Source: a virus. Taken from it: a stretch of DNA of 64,000 nt. Each line of letters opens with the position of its first letter. The stretch's first letter is position 1. The stretch is from IMG/VR virus record IMGVR_UViG_3300045135_000252, positions 9,627-73,626 of that record; one strand, 5' to 3'. Of this stretch, positions 10,439-18,719 are shown in pieces. The translations under genes were made by a program, and so were the position numbers. The notes below the pieces were generated by a model that worked only from the letters and a program-made list of their open reading frames with translations, was not told the origin of the DNA and searched no databases.

Positions 10439-10912
10439 ATGGCTATTGTGTTTAACGGCACTACGCTGAACTGGTATACGAACACCATCATTGCTGACGG
10501 TACTACTGTGTCTAGCCCTACTGCTGTTGGGGATGTGTATTTTGGTGCGACTAAGGTTCATGGATTAGATCCTGCTTGGGACTATACACAGCTTTATAGT
10601 TTCGGGCTTGCCCCCGATTCTGGGTATTTTGAATCCACAATCATTCCTACTTTGCTCAGCACATACGCCGCTGCTTTTGAAGACTCTGGATATGAGACAG
10701 GACCCGGCGGGGATACTCGTTGGTATTACAATCTATACGAAGGCTACCGCATGCGTACATCCGACGGCACGTTTTATGGTGGCGACGATAACCTATATTG
10801 GAACAGTAAATACTGGACTGGCTATTTGTGGGAAGGCCGTACTGTGACTGGCGCAAGTACATCACACAATGGCGGAACAAACTGTTACCTCGATAGGAAT
10901 AATGGCATATGA
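10439..10912 (+). CDS. Hypothetical protein, possible fibre tip (Tyr/Trp/Gly-rich)
   Basis: 157-aa ORF tightly following the fibre gene. Confidence 0.5.
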   Translation: MAIVFNGTTLNWYTNTIIADGTTVSSPTAVGDVYFGATKVHGLDPAWDYTQLYSFGLAPDSGYFESTIIPTLLSTYAAAFEDSGYETGPGGDTRWYYNLYEGYRMRTSDGTFYGGDDNLYWNSKYWTGYLWEGRTVTGASTSHNGGTNCYLDRNNGI

Positions 10913-11109
10913 AAGAAGTCATTGAAGCCTACAAAGATGGGGATGTAATAGTCCCGAAAACTGAAATAGTTAAAATTTGTGCAACTTGTGAGCACGATAT
11001 TGATGAAGCGGAGATTACGGCTGGGAGCTGCTCTAATTGCGGTCAATCTTTAGGCGTACGCCAATCTGTATCGGTATGGGCAACATCGGTACCAAGTAAG
11101 GATGCGTAA
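10909..11109 (+). CDS. Small zinc-ribbon protein
   Basis: CATC...CSNC motif; ATGA overlap with the upstream gene. Confidence 0.6.
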   Translation: MKEVIEAYKDGDVIVPKTEIVKICATCEHDIDEAEITAGSCSNCGQSLGVRQSVSVWATSVPSKDA

Positions 11110-11558
11110 TGATTTTCGAGGCCATAGCCGCTATCAAAATCGCCAACGAGGCTATTGGCGCAATTAAAGAGTTTGCAGGGCATTGCCAGTCTGTAGGTGA
11201 GATGGGCAAGGATTTAACCAAGCTCGCCGATGCCAAAGAAGAGTTAGAGCAATCCGCCAAAGACGGTGACATGGAGGCTTTTTGGGCCTTAGAGGACATT
11301 AAAAGACACGAAGCCGAAGTCAAGCAAATGTTCATCTACCAAGGCCGTCCGGGGCTTTGGGAGGATTACGTAAATTTCATCGACAACCGAAAGATGATGC
11401 GTAAGAAGGCTGCAGAGCGTGAACGCAATAAGAAACTGGCTCGTAAAAAAGCCATTAAGGATGGACTTATGTATGCTGGCGTTGGCCTTCTTGTGCTCGG
11501 TATTGTGGGCGGGGCCGTGGCCTTTTTATATTTTCTTATTAGCTCTAAAGGCAAGTAG
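11109..11558 (+). CDS. Membrane-anchored coiled-coil protein (lysis region)
   Basis: Charged helical body followed by a C-terminal hydrophobic segment GLMYAGVGLLVLGIVGGAVAFLYFLI. Confidence 0.65.
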   Translation: MIFEAIAAIKIANEAIGAIKEFAGHCQSVGEMGKDLTKLADAKEELEQSAKDGDMEAFWALEDIKRHEAEVKQMFIYQGRPGLWEDYVNFIDNRKMMRKKAAERERNKKLARKKAIKDGLMYAGVGLLVLGIVGGAVAFLYFLISSKGK

Positions 11559-11561
11559 TGG

Positions 11562-11768
11562 ATGAGCAGCTTCGTCTCCGCCTTCAGTCCGATTTACACG
11601 CTCTCAAGCGTGACTTATCCCGTCGTAGAGACAAAGATTTCGGGCCGGGAAGTGGAAAACGACGGCTCAATCAAGCCATCGAGAGAATTAACAGTAGAAT
11701 CGACTACTTACGACCAGCGTGGCCAAGTAGTTATGAACCAGAACTATACCGTGGAGATATGGGTATGA
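11562..11768 (+). CDS. Hypothetical protein
   Basis: 68-aa ORF that fills the gap; its TGA overlaps the next ATG (ATGA). Confidence 0.5.
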   Translation: MSSFVSAFSPIYTLSSVTYPVVETKISGREVENDGSIKPSRELTVESTTYDQRGQVVMNQNYTVEIWV

Positions 11769-12088
11769 CTGAAGAGATGCAAAAGTATGACCTGAACGGT
11801 GATGGGGTGCTCGATGAACAAGAGCGTAGAATCATGTTGGAAGACATGCGCCGCAAGATGGAAGACGAAGACGCACAGCGCGATTCGATTCGCAAAATGG
11901 CTTGGTTTGCTCTTATTGGTCTTCTACTGTATCCATTTGGGATTTTTCTTGCTGATGCCTTCGCTATGGGTACAGCCGCTCAACTAATTGCTGACATTGC
12001 GCCGACTTACTTTGCATCTATTGCTGTATTGGTAAGCGCGTTCTTCGGTGCATCAGCTTTGGGTGCTAAGAAGAAAGAAGGCGGCTAG
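11765..12088 (+). CDS. EF-hand-containing membrane protein, holin-like
   Basis: Start re-assigned to the ATG at 11765 (GGAG at 11753). DLNGDGVLDEQE loop followed by two hydrophobic segments and a basic C-terminus. Confidence 0.6.
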   Translation: MTEEMQKYDLNGDGVLDEQERRIMLEDMRRKMEDEDAQRDSIRKMAWFALIGLLLYPFGIFLADAFAMGTAAQLIADIAPTYFASIAVLVSAFFGASALGAKKKEGG

Positions 12089-12211
12089 GTGAAAACCTGC
12101 AAGTATTTCTATAACGGCGGGATGTACCACACAGAGTGTGGGTCAAAAGTTTTGTTCCGTCCGGCACAGAGATGCGACAAGTGTGGTAAGAAACCACAGG
12201 AGAAGAAGTGA
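12089..12211 (+). CDS. 40-aa Cys-rich peptide (not in ORF track)
   Basis: GTG start directly after the upstream stop, MKTCKYFYNGGMYHTECGSKVLFRPAQRCDKCGKKPQEKK; its stop overlaps the holin start. Confidence 0.5.
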   Translation: MKTCKYFYNGGMYHTECGSKVLFRPAQRCDKCGKKPQEKK

Positions 12212-12591
12212 TGCTTAACATGTTACTAGGCCCAGCAATGGAGCTAGGCAAAGAGTTTCTCAAAGGCAAAGCCGATGAGAAGAAAGCGATCCAACAGCGC
12301 AAGATTAACGCTATTCAGAATGATGCCGATTGGGAATCCAAGATGGCGGACGCTACGAAGAACTCTTGGAAGGATGAATTTTTCTCGATCATCCTTAGTC
12401 TTCCTTTGATAGCTGTAGCGTATAGTGTGGCGATGGACGATGTAACTATCATCGCCCGTGTCAACGAAGGCTTTGAGGCGCTGAATAAACTGCCCGACTG
12501 GTACCAATACCTTCTGTTTATTGCCGTATCTGCTAGCTTTGGGTTGAAGTCGGCTGATAAGATCATGTCCATGAAGAAAGGAGGTAAGTGA
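12211..12591 (+). CDS. Putative holin (3-TM, GTA-type)
   Basis: W.......SWKDEF, LPDWYQYLL...VSASFG motifs and hydrophobic segments; directly upstream of the lysozyme. Confidence 0.7.
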   Translation: MLNMLLGPAMELGKEFLKGKADEKKAIQQRKINAIQNDADWESKMADATKNSWKDEFFSIILSLPLIAVAYSVAMDDVTIIARVNEGFEALNKLPDWYQYLLFIAVSASFGLKSADKIMSMKKGGK

Positions 12592-13037
12592 TGATGAACA
12601 TAGACCAACTACGCATGGAGCTGGAATACGATGAAGGCTGCAAGTACGAGATTTATTTAGACCATCTTGACCTACCTACGTTTGGTATTGGTCATCTGGT
12701 TACTGTAGATGACCCAGAATACGACCAGCCTGTAGGCACTGCGGTGTCTGAGGAGCGAGTCAAAGAAGTCTTTGAACAAGACGTACAAATCACAATCGGT
12801 GAGTGTAAAAAGCTCTACGATGACTGGGATGACCTGCCCGAAGAAGTACAGCTAATCATTGCCAACATGATGTTCAATATGGGTCGTCCACGTTTGAGCG
12901 CATTTAAAGGTATGAAAGCTGGCGTTGATGCCCGTGATTGGAACCGTGCTGCCGATGAGATGGTGGATAGCAAGTGGTATCAGCAAGTGACAAATCGCGC
13001 ACAGCGCCTTGTAGACCGCATGCGTAACGTAGCATAA
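12588..13037 (+). CDS. Endolysin, T4-like lysozyme (GH24)
   Basis: E-x8-D-x5-T triad in DEGCKYEIYLDHLDLPTFGIGHL; NMMFNMG and DSKWYQQV..RA.RL. Confidence 0.92.
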   Translation: MMMNIDQLRMELEYDEGCKYEIYLDHLDLPTFGIGHLVTVDDPEYDQPVGTAVSEERVKEVFEQDVQITIGECKKLYDDWDDLPEEVQLIIANMMFNMGRPRLSAFKGMKAGVDARDWNRAADEMVDSKWYQQVTNRAQRLVDRMRNVA

Positions 13038-13047
13038 GGAGCAGAGT

Positions 13048-14961
13048 ATGCCCTTTATCAAACTACAGTTTAAACCCGGTATAAACCGGGACACTACGAA
13101 CTACACCAATGAAGGTGGCTGGTGGGACTGCGACAAAGTTCGCTTCCGTTCTGGCTTTCCTGAAAAGATTGGTGGTTGGATAAAGGCTACCTCTGAGTCT
13201 TACGTTGGTGTTGCGCGTAGCATGTTTACATGGGTTACGTCTTATTCCGATAAGTTCCTTGCGATTGGTACGCACAAAAAGGTATACATCGAAGTAGGTG
13301 GTATTCTTAATGACATCACCCCTATCCGCCAGACGTTCACTACTACTGCTACAGATAACTGTATTGCTACAACAAACGGCTCAACGGATGTAACTATTAG
13401 CATCACAGGGCACGGGGCCGAAGATGGAGACTACGTCACTCTATCTGGTGCTACTGCTGTTGGCGGTGTACCTGCTGACGAACTCAATGCAGAGCACGTG
13501 GTTCAACTTATTGACCTTGATACTTTTGTCATCACTGTTACTACAGCAGCTACATCTACTGTAGCAGCGGGTGGCGGCACTGCTATATCAGCGGCGTTCC
13601 AAATCTCTATCGGTAACCCTGATACCACGTTCGGTTACGGTTGGGGTGTGGGCACATGGAGCCGGGGGTCTTGGGGTCTCGGTGCTCCCGTCACTGCTAC
13701 GCCTGTAGATTTGCCGCAACGTGATTGGTTCTTTGATAAATTTGACAATGACATTGTACTGAACATCCGTAACGGTAAGCCTTACTACTGGGCGCGTGGC
13801 ACCATCGCTGCTCCTGATACTGCCCTTGGTACACGTGCAGTTACTCTACAATCTATAGCCACAGCGGCTGGGTATGACGCTAACGATGTGCCGGTTAAAG
13901 TCGGCCAGTTGCTCGTGTCTCAGAATGATAAGCATCTACTAGCTTTCGGTGCTGTACCTTATGGCTCTACTTCCGCTTTGGATTTTGATCCACTTCTTAT
14001 CCGTTGGGCTAGCCAAGACGAACCCGGCCAGTGGGAACCACAAGTAACTAACTCTGCTGGCTTTATCCGTGTGTCACGTGGATCGCGCATTGTCCGTGCA
14101 TTACCAACTCGTCAGGAAACATTGGTTTGGACTGATACTCACCTATACGCATTACAGTTCTTGGGGACTACCGATGTGTTTGGTTTGCAGGAATATGCTG
14201 ACGGTGTATCGATTGCTAGCCCACGTGCTTGTGCTTCAGCGGCTAACGCTACGTTTTGGATGGGTCGTGACAAGTTCTATGTATATACAGGTCGTGTTGA
14301 CACCCTGCCTTGTAACGTACGTAATTACGTATTTTCTGATATTGACTTTACTCAGGCTGACCAGATTGTGTGCGGCACTAACGAGGAATGGAGTGAAGTC
14401 TGGTGGTTCTACCCAAGCGAAAGCAGTGGTAATAACTGGAACGACCGCTATGTCATTTACAACTATGTAGATAAGATCTGGTACTACGGTTCCATCGAGC
14501 GTACAGCTTGGCTAGATGCACCTACTCGTGAGTTCCCTATTGCTGCAGGATCAGGGCGCGATGATGACGTAGGCTACCTATACGATCACGAGAACGGTAT
14601 CGAAGACGATACTAACCCAATGACTGCTTATATCGAGTCTTCTGACTTTGATCTTGGTGATGGTGACGCTTTCTCACTGACACGCCGTATTATTCCTGAT
14701 GTACAGTTTGTAGGCTCTACCTCTGTTACCCCTGAGATTGATATGGAAGTGAAAACACGTAACTTCCCGGGCGGTTCCTTGGCCTCTGATAGCGCAGACA
14801 GACAACGTGTAATTAAATCTGCGGTTGGCACATATACAGATCAAGTGTTTGTCAGGGCACGTGCTAGGCAGATGGCGTTAAGAATTGAGTCAGACACAGC
14901 CGGAGTACAGTGGCAGCTTGGCTCTCCTAGACTAGACGCAAGACCGGATGGTAAACGTTAA
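13048..14961 (+). CDS. Tail nozzle / DNA stabilisation protein (P22 gp10-like)
   Basis: 637-aa beta-rich protein with KPGINRD, W.DCDKVRFRSGFPEKIGGW and EVWWFYPS; positioned before the ejection genes. Confidence 0.7.
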   Translation: MPFIKLQFKPGINRDTTNYTNEGGWWDCDKVRFRSGFPEKIGGWIKATSESYVGVARSMFTWVTSYSDKFLAIGTHKKVYIEVGGILNDITPIRQTFTTTATDNCIATTNGSTDVTISITGHGAEDGDYVTLSGATAVGGVPADELNAEHVVQLIDLDTFVITVTTAATSTVAAGGGTAISAAFQISIGNPDTTFGYGWGVGTWSRGSWGLGAPVTATPVDLPQRDWFFDKFDNDIVLNIRNGKPYYWARGTIAAPDTALGTRAVTLQSIATAAGYDANDVPVKVGQLLVSQNDKHLLAFGAVPYGSTSALDFDPLLIRWASQDEPGQWEPQVTNSAGFIRVSRGSRIVRALPTRQETLVWTDTHLYALQFLGTTDVFGLQEYADGVSIASPRACASAANATFWMGRDKFYVYTGRVDTLPCNVRNYVFSDIDFTQADQIVCGTNEEWSEVWWFYPSESSGNNWNDRYVIYNYVDKIWYYGSIERTAWLDAPTREFPIAAGSGRDDDVGYLYDHENGIEDDTNPMTAYIESSDFDLGDGDAFSLTRRIIPDVQFVGSTSVTPEIDMEVKTRNFPGGSLASDSADRQRVIKSAVGTYTDQVFVRARARQMALRIESDTAGVQWQLGSPRLDARPDGKR

Positions 14962-15605
14962 TGGCGATGGAGAAGTTTAGGGCGGCACCACTGCCGAACC
15001 CTACCATAGAGTACGATGCGGAAACTCAACGCCAGTTGATCCGTGTGCTTGAGGTTTACTTCAACCAGCTAGACTCACAGACACCGCTACAGGCTGAGTA
15101 TTTCAAAGGTCGTGGGGACAAACTCACTTTTCCTACAGCGTTGTACTACAGCACACAAGATCAAACTTATGCGGCTATCAACACCGCATATCCGGTTACG
15201 TACAACAATACGTACTACAATAACGATATGAGCTTAGTTGACAGCTCTAAAATCACTGTAGACCGTGCGGGTATATACAACTTTCAGTTTACTTGCCAAT
15301 TAGTTAGTTCCAACTCTAGCTCTAAGAACGTGCATATCTGGATACGCAAGAATGGTACTGATGTTACTTATTCTTCAAGGGCTTACACTATATCTGGCGT
15401 AGGTACAGAAGTAACAGCGCAGTGGACGTTTAATATAGATTTGCAGGCGCAACAATACATACAAATTATGACCGCTACTGACGATACAACGGTCACTATG
15501 AACTATGAAACACCGTCCGCGCCTTACCCCGGCACTTCATCTGCTGTAATATCTGTAAACCATGTGTCTGATTTGGAAGGCATTACAGTTGCAGCGACCC
15601 CGTAA
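14961..15605 (+). CDS. Tail-associated structural protein
   Basis: APLP.P..EY...LIR.LEVYFNQLD followed by a beta-sandwich-like C-terminus. Confidence 0.55.
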   Translation: MAMEKFRAAPLPNPTIEYDAETQRQLIRVLEVYFNQLDSQTPLQAEYFKGRGDKLTFPTALYYSTQDQTYAAINTAYPVTYNNTYYNNDMSLVDSSKITVDRAGIYNFQFTCQLVSSNSSSKNVHIWIRKNGTDVTYSSRAYTISGVGTEVTAQWTFNIDLQAQQYIQIMTATDDTTVTMNYETPSAPYPGTSSAVISVNHVSDLEGITVAATP

Positions 15606-15622
15606 ATGAGGATAATTGGACT

Positions 15623-17332
15623 ATGAGCCTACAATACGCAGCAGAAGCAGTCCGGAATAAGGGACGCGGCGAAGATACAATGCTAGTCCACATGACCCCG
15701 GGTGAGGTCAAGGGCTTACAGCAGTTGGCAATGGCTAATGGCGGCAGTCTAACTATTAACCCAGATACAGGTCTCCCTGAAGCTGGCTTCCTCAAATCAC
15801 TTCTACCTACGCTGATTGGTGTCGGCCTAGCAGCTACTGGTATCGGTGCTCCTATGGCTGGTCTTATGGTTGGTGGCTTTGAAGCTATGCGTACCGGAGA
15901 TATTGGTAAAGGCTTGATGGCTGGTCTTGGCGCATATGGTGGCGCAGGATTAGCTAGTGGACTTCAATCGGCAGGGGCCGCAGCAGGTAAGCAAGCTGCT
16001 ACCCAAGGTGCGGAAGCCGCATTATATGACCAAGCCTTGGGTGGTACAGCAGTAGCTCCTGCAGCTTATACAGCTCCTACTACAGTAGGCGGACGACTAG
16101 CCGAAATGGGTTCTGGTTTTAGTAATTTAATGGGTACTGCTGGTACAGCAGGGTCTCAAGCGGCGGCTACCGCCGCTGCTACAGAAGCAGGTATTACAGG
16201 TACAGGTTTAGCTAAAACAGGTATGGCAGCACTAGCTGGCCCATTGACGATGACTCCAGAAATGGAGCCGTACAAAGCAGAAGAATACAACTACGAAGGT
16301 CCATACAAACCAACAAAGCGGGAAGTAACTTACCCCGGCGCTGATCGTGACCCTGCTGACTCTTCAGAGTTTTTGTACTTCCGCAACACTAATCCTTATC
16401 CGGGGTTTGAGACCGCAGCTAGCAGTTCAAATTTACCTCCTATTGACCCTAACGAACCTACGTTCGCAGGTGTGCCTGTTTCTTTGGCAACTAACCCTGA
16501 TCTTATGCGGCAATACCAAGACGCTGGATACTATGCAGAAGGTGGTCCTACTGTAGCAGCTCCACCAGAAGGTTATGTACCGGGTCAAAGTGCTGAGTTT
16601 GTTTATGGCTTCCAGCCAATGGCGGCACAAGTACCTGAGATTCAACAAGAAGCGGCTACACAGAATACTTTAGTACAGGCTCCAGTTAGCACTGGTGGCG
16701 ATGGCGGTAGCGACTATTTAGGTCGTGGTACGCCCATTAACCGTGTAAACACTCAATTGCCCGCATCAGTGCGTAATGAACTTGCGGATAGGGTAGCAGC
16801 GCAGCAACAACGTGCCCTAGCAGCGGCGGCTATTGCATCAGGCGCGTCTCCTAGCGAAGGTGGTAATTGGCAGGGTGATGAAACTCCAGACGGCGGTGGG
16901 TATGAAACCGTAAGTGGTGCTGGCTCTTACTCTGGTGATATTGACCGTAGCGAAGCGTATTTCCGTATGGGCGGCAAGACTATGGATCACGGCGGGTTTG
17001 TTATTGACGCCCATACTGTGTCTGAGATTGGCAACGGTAGCTCTGATGCAGGGCATGCAATGCTAGCTCGTATTGGTGGAGAGCCAATTAAAGGCGCAGG
17101 TGACGGCACTAGCGACTCCATCCGTGCCAATATTGGCGGGGTACAGGAAGCACGTATTGCTAAAGACGAAAACTACTTCAGTAAAGAAGATGTGAAGCGT
17201 CTTGGCGGCGGTAATTACAAGAAAGGTGAGAAGAAGCTGTATGCGCTTATGAAGAAAGCGCACGAATCACGCAAGAAGAACGGTCGTGGTCAGGCTTCTG
17301 GATTGGATAAACTGGTAACTCGGATGGCTTAA
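15623..17332 (+). CDS. Internal virion/ejection protein
   Basis: GRGEDTMLVHMTPGEV...LTINPDTGLPEA N-terminus, Gly/Ala hydrophobic stretch and a GAGDGTSDSIRA motif. Confidence 0.6.
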   Translation: MSLQYAAEAVRNKGRGEDTMLVHMTPGEVKGLQQLAMANGGSLTINPDTGLPEAGFLKSLLPTLIGVGLAATGIGAPMAGLMVGGFEAMRTGDIGKGLMAGLGAYGGAGLASGLQSAGAAAGKQAATQGAEAALYDQALGGTAVAPAAYTAPTTVGGRLAEMGSGFSNLMGTAGTAGSQAAATAAATEAGITGTGLAKTGMAALAGPLTMTPEMEPYKAEEYNYEGPYKPTKREVTYPGADRDPADSSEFLYFRNTNPYPGFETAASSSNLPPIDPNEPTFAGVPVSLATNPDLMRQYQDAGYYAEGGPTVAAPPEGYVPGQSAEFVYGFQPMAAQVPEIQQEAATQNTLVQAPVSTGGDGGSDYLGRGTPINRVNTQLPASVRNELADRVAAQQQRALAAAAIASGASPSEGGNWQGDETPDGGGYETVSGAGSYSGDIDRSEAYFRMGGKTMDHGGFVIDAHTVSEIGNGSSDAGHAMLARIGGEPIKGAGDGTSDSIRANIGGVQEARIAKDENYFSKEDVKRLGGGNYKKGEKKLYALMKKAHESRKKNGRGQASGLDKLVTRMA

Positions 17333-17772
17333 TGCAGGTATCTGCTGTACCGGCTGAATACGTCAAACAGGTTTGGCCGGATATTACAGAGTATATGCAA
17401 GGTGCGGCTGACTACACATATGGCCGCTACGAAGTTGGTGACATATTAGATTTGATTACCGACTACGATTACACATTGTGGATTGCATTTAACGAAGAAG
17501 GTATAAAAGGTGCCGTTGTTACAAACTTTAGCGATTATCCTCGTAAGCGTATGCTATGTATGCAGTTTTGCGGTGGCGTTGAAGTTACTACTTGGCAAGG
17601 ACCAATGCTAGAATTACTGCAACGTTGGTCAAGAGACAACGATTGCGACGGAATAGAATCCACTGGAAGAGCAGGGTGGAGCAAAGTATTCAAGTCTGAC
17701 GGCTACAAACCGCTTTGGCAGACTTACGAACTACCTGTAGACGTACAGGTCGAGGAGCGGAAATATGGGTAA
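17332..17772 (+). CDS. Putative GNAT-fold protein of the ejection-gene block
   Basis: LWIAF...GAVVT...YPRKR..L...CGG...GR.GW.K pattern; lies between internal protein genes. Confidence 0.5.
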   Translation: MQVSAVPAEYVKQVWPDITEYMQGAADYTYGRYEVGDILDLITDYDYTLWIAFNEEGIKGAVVTNFSDYPRKRMLCMQFCGGVEVTTWQGPMLELLQRWSRDNDCDGIESTGRAGWSKVFKSDGYKPLWQTYELPVDVQVEERKYG

Positions 17773-18715
17773 AGGTAGCGCACCTTCACAACCATCAAGT
17801 CAAACGGTAACGCAGACCAATCTGCCAGAATACGCTCGTCCGTATTTTGAAAACCTTTTACAGCGTGGTCAGGCGGAATCGTATAGAGAATACACCCCGT
17901 ATCAGGGGCAGCGTATCGCTGGGTTTACACCGGGTCAGACAGCAGTGCAGCAAGAAGTTGCTGGTATGCAAACACCGGGTCAATTCCAAGGCGCTACGCA
18001 GATGACTACCGCTGCTGGGTTAGGTGCAATGGGCGCTGGGGCACAGGCTATGGGTGCTGGGCAACAATATGCTCAGATGGCTACTGATCCAAGCCAGATG
18101 CAAGCCTACATGTCTCCTTATATGCAGAGTGTAGTAGATACACAGAAGCAAGCCGCTATCCGTGACGCACAGAAACAGCAACTAGGTGCGAGCCTAGGGG
18201 CGGCTAGACAGGGCACATATGGCGGTGCCCGTCAACTCTTGGCACAGACTGAAAGAGAACGTAATCTAGGATCACAACTTGCACAGATCCAAGCGGCTGG
18301 CTCTCAGAAAGCATTTGAAGCAGCCCAACAGGCTCAGCAGTTTGGGGCTAACCTAGGCTTACAGGGTATCCAGACTGGTTTGCAGGGTCTGGGGCAAGTT
18401 GGACAAATGGGTGCTCAGCTAGGTCAGTTAGGCACAGCAGAACAAGGCGCTAATCTACAGCGACTACAAGCACAGGCGGCATCGGCTGGCGAACAGCGTG
18501 CGCTTGAGCAACAGCGTCTTGATACAGCTTATGCTGACTTCCTACGCCAGCGTGACTATCCAATGGAGCAGCTTAACTACTTCAGCAGCTTACTCCGTGG
18601 TCTCCCTGTTCAGATGGGATCGACACAGACAGCTTACGCACAACCACCATCCACGCTACAGCAGTTAGGCGGCTTAGGTTTGTCTGCGCTTGGCTTGTAT
18701 AACTTGGGGAGATAA
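17765..18715 (+). CDS. DNA ejection/pilot protein
   Basis: Gln/Ala/Gly-rich; YTPYQGQRIAGF, YMSPYMQSVVD, GTYGGARQ motifs and a hydrophobic C-terminus. Confidence 0.65.
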   Translation: MGKGSAPSQPSSQTVTQTNLPEYARPYFENLLQRGQAESYREYTPYQGQRIAGFTPGQTAVQQEVAGMQTPGQFQGATQMTTAAGLGAMGAGAQAMGAGQQYAQMATDPSQMQAYMSPYMQSVVDTQKQAAIRDAQKQQLGASLGAARQGTYGGARQLLAQTERERNLGSQLAQIQAAGSQKAFEAAQQAQQFGANLGLQGIQTGLQGLGQVGQMGAQLGQLGTAEQGANLQRLQAQAASAGEQRALEQQRLDTAYADFLRQRDYPMEQLNYFSSLLRGLPVQMGSTQTAYAQPPSTLQQLGGLGLSALGLYNLGR

Positions 18716-18719
18716 CTAG

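Noticed and set aside
1208-10912. Diversity-generating retroelement or invertible tail-fibre system
   Set aside because: No reverse transcriptase, invertase or near-identical template/variable repeat pair was seen; the repeats are diverged at protein level.
11558-11764. N-terminal extension of the 176-aa ORF and a lambda-like dual-start holin (M-G-M)
   Set aside because: The extension overlaps a better-coupled ORF (11562-11768). The first ATG is only 2 nt from the SD and adds no positive charge.
12571-12591. MKKGGK at the holin C-terminus as another GG tag
   Set aside because: Explained by the overlapping AAGGAGGT RBS of the lysozyme gene.
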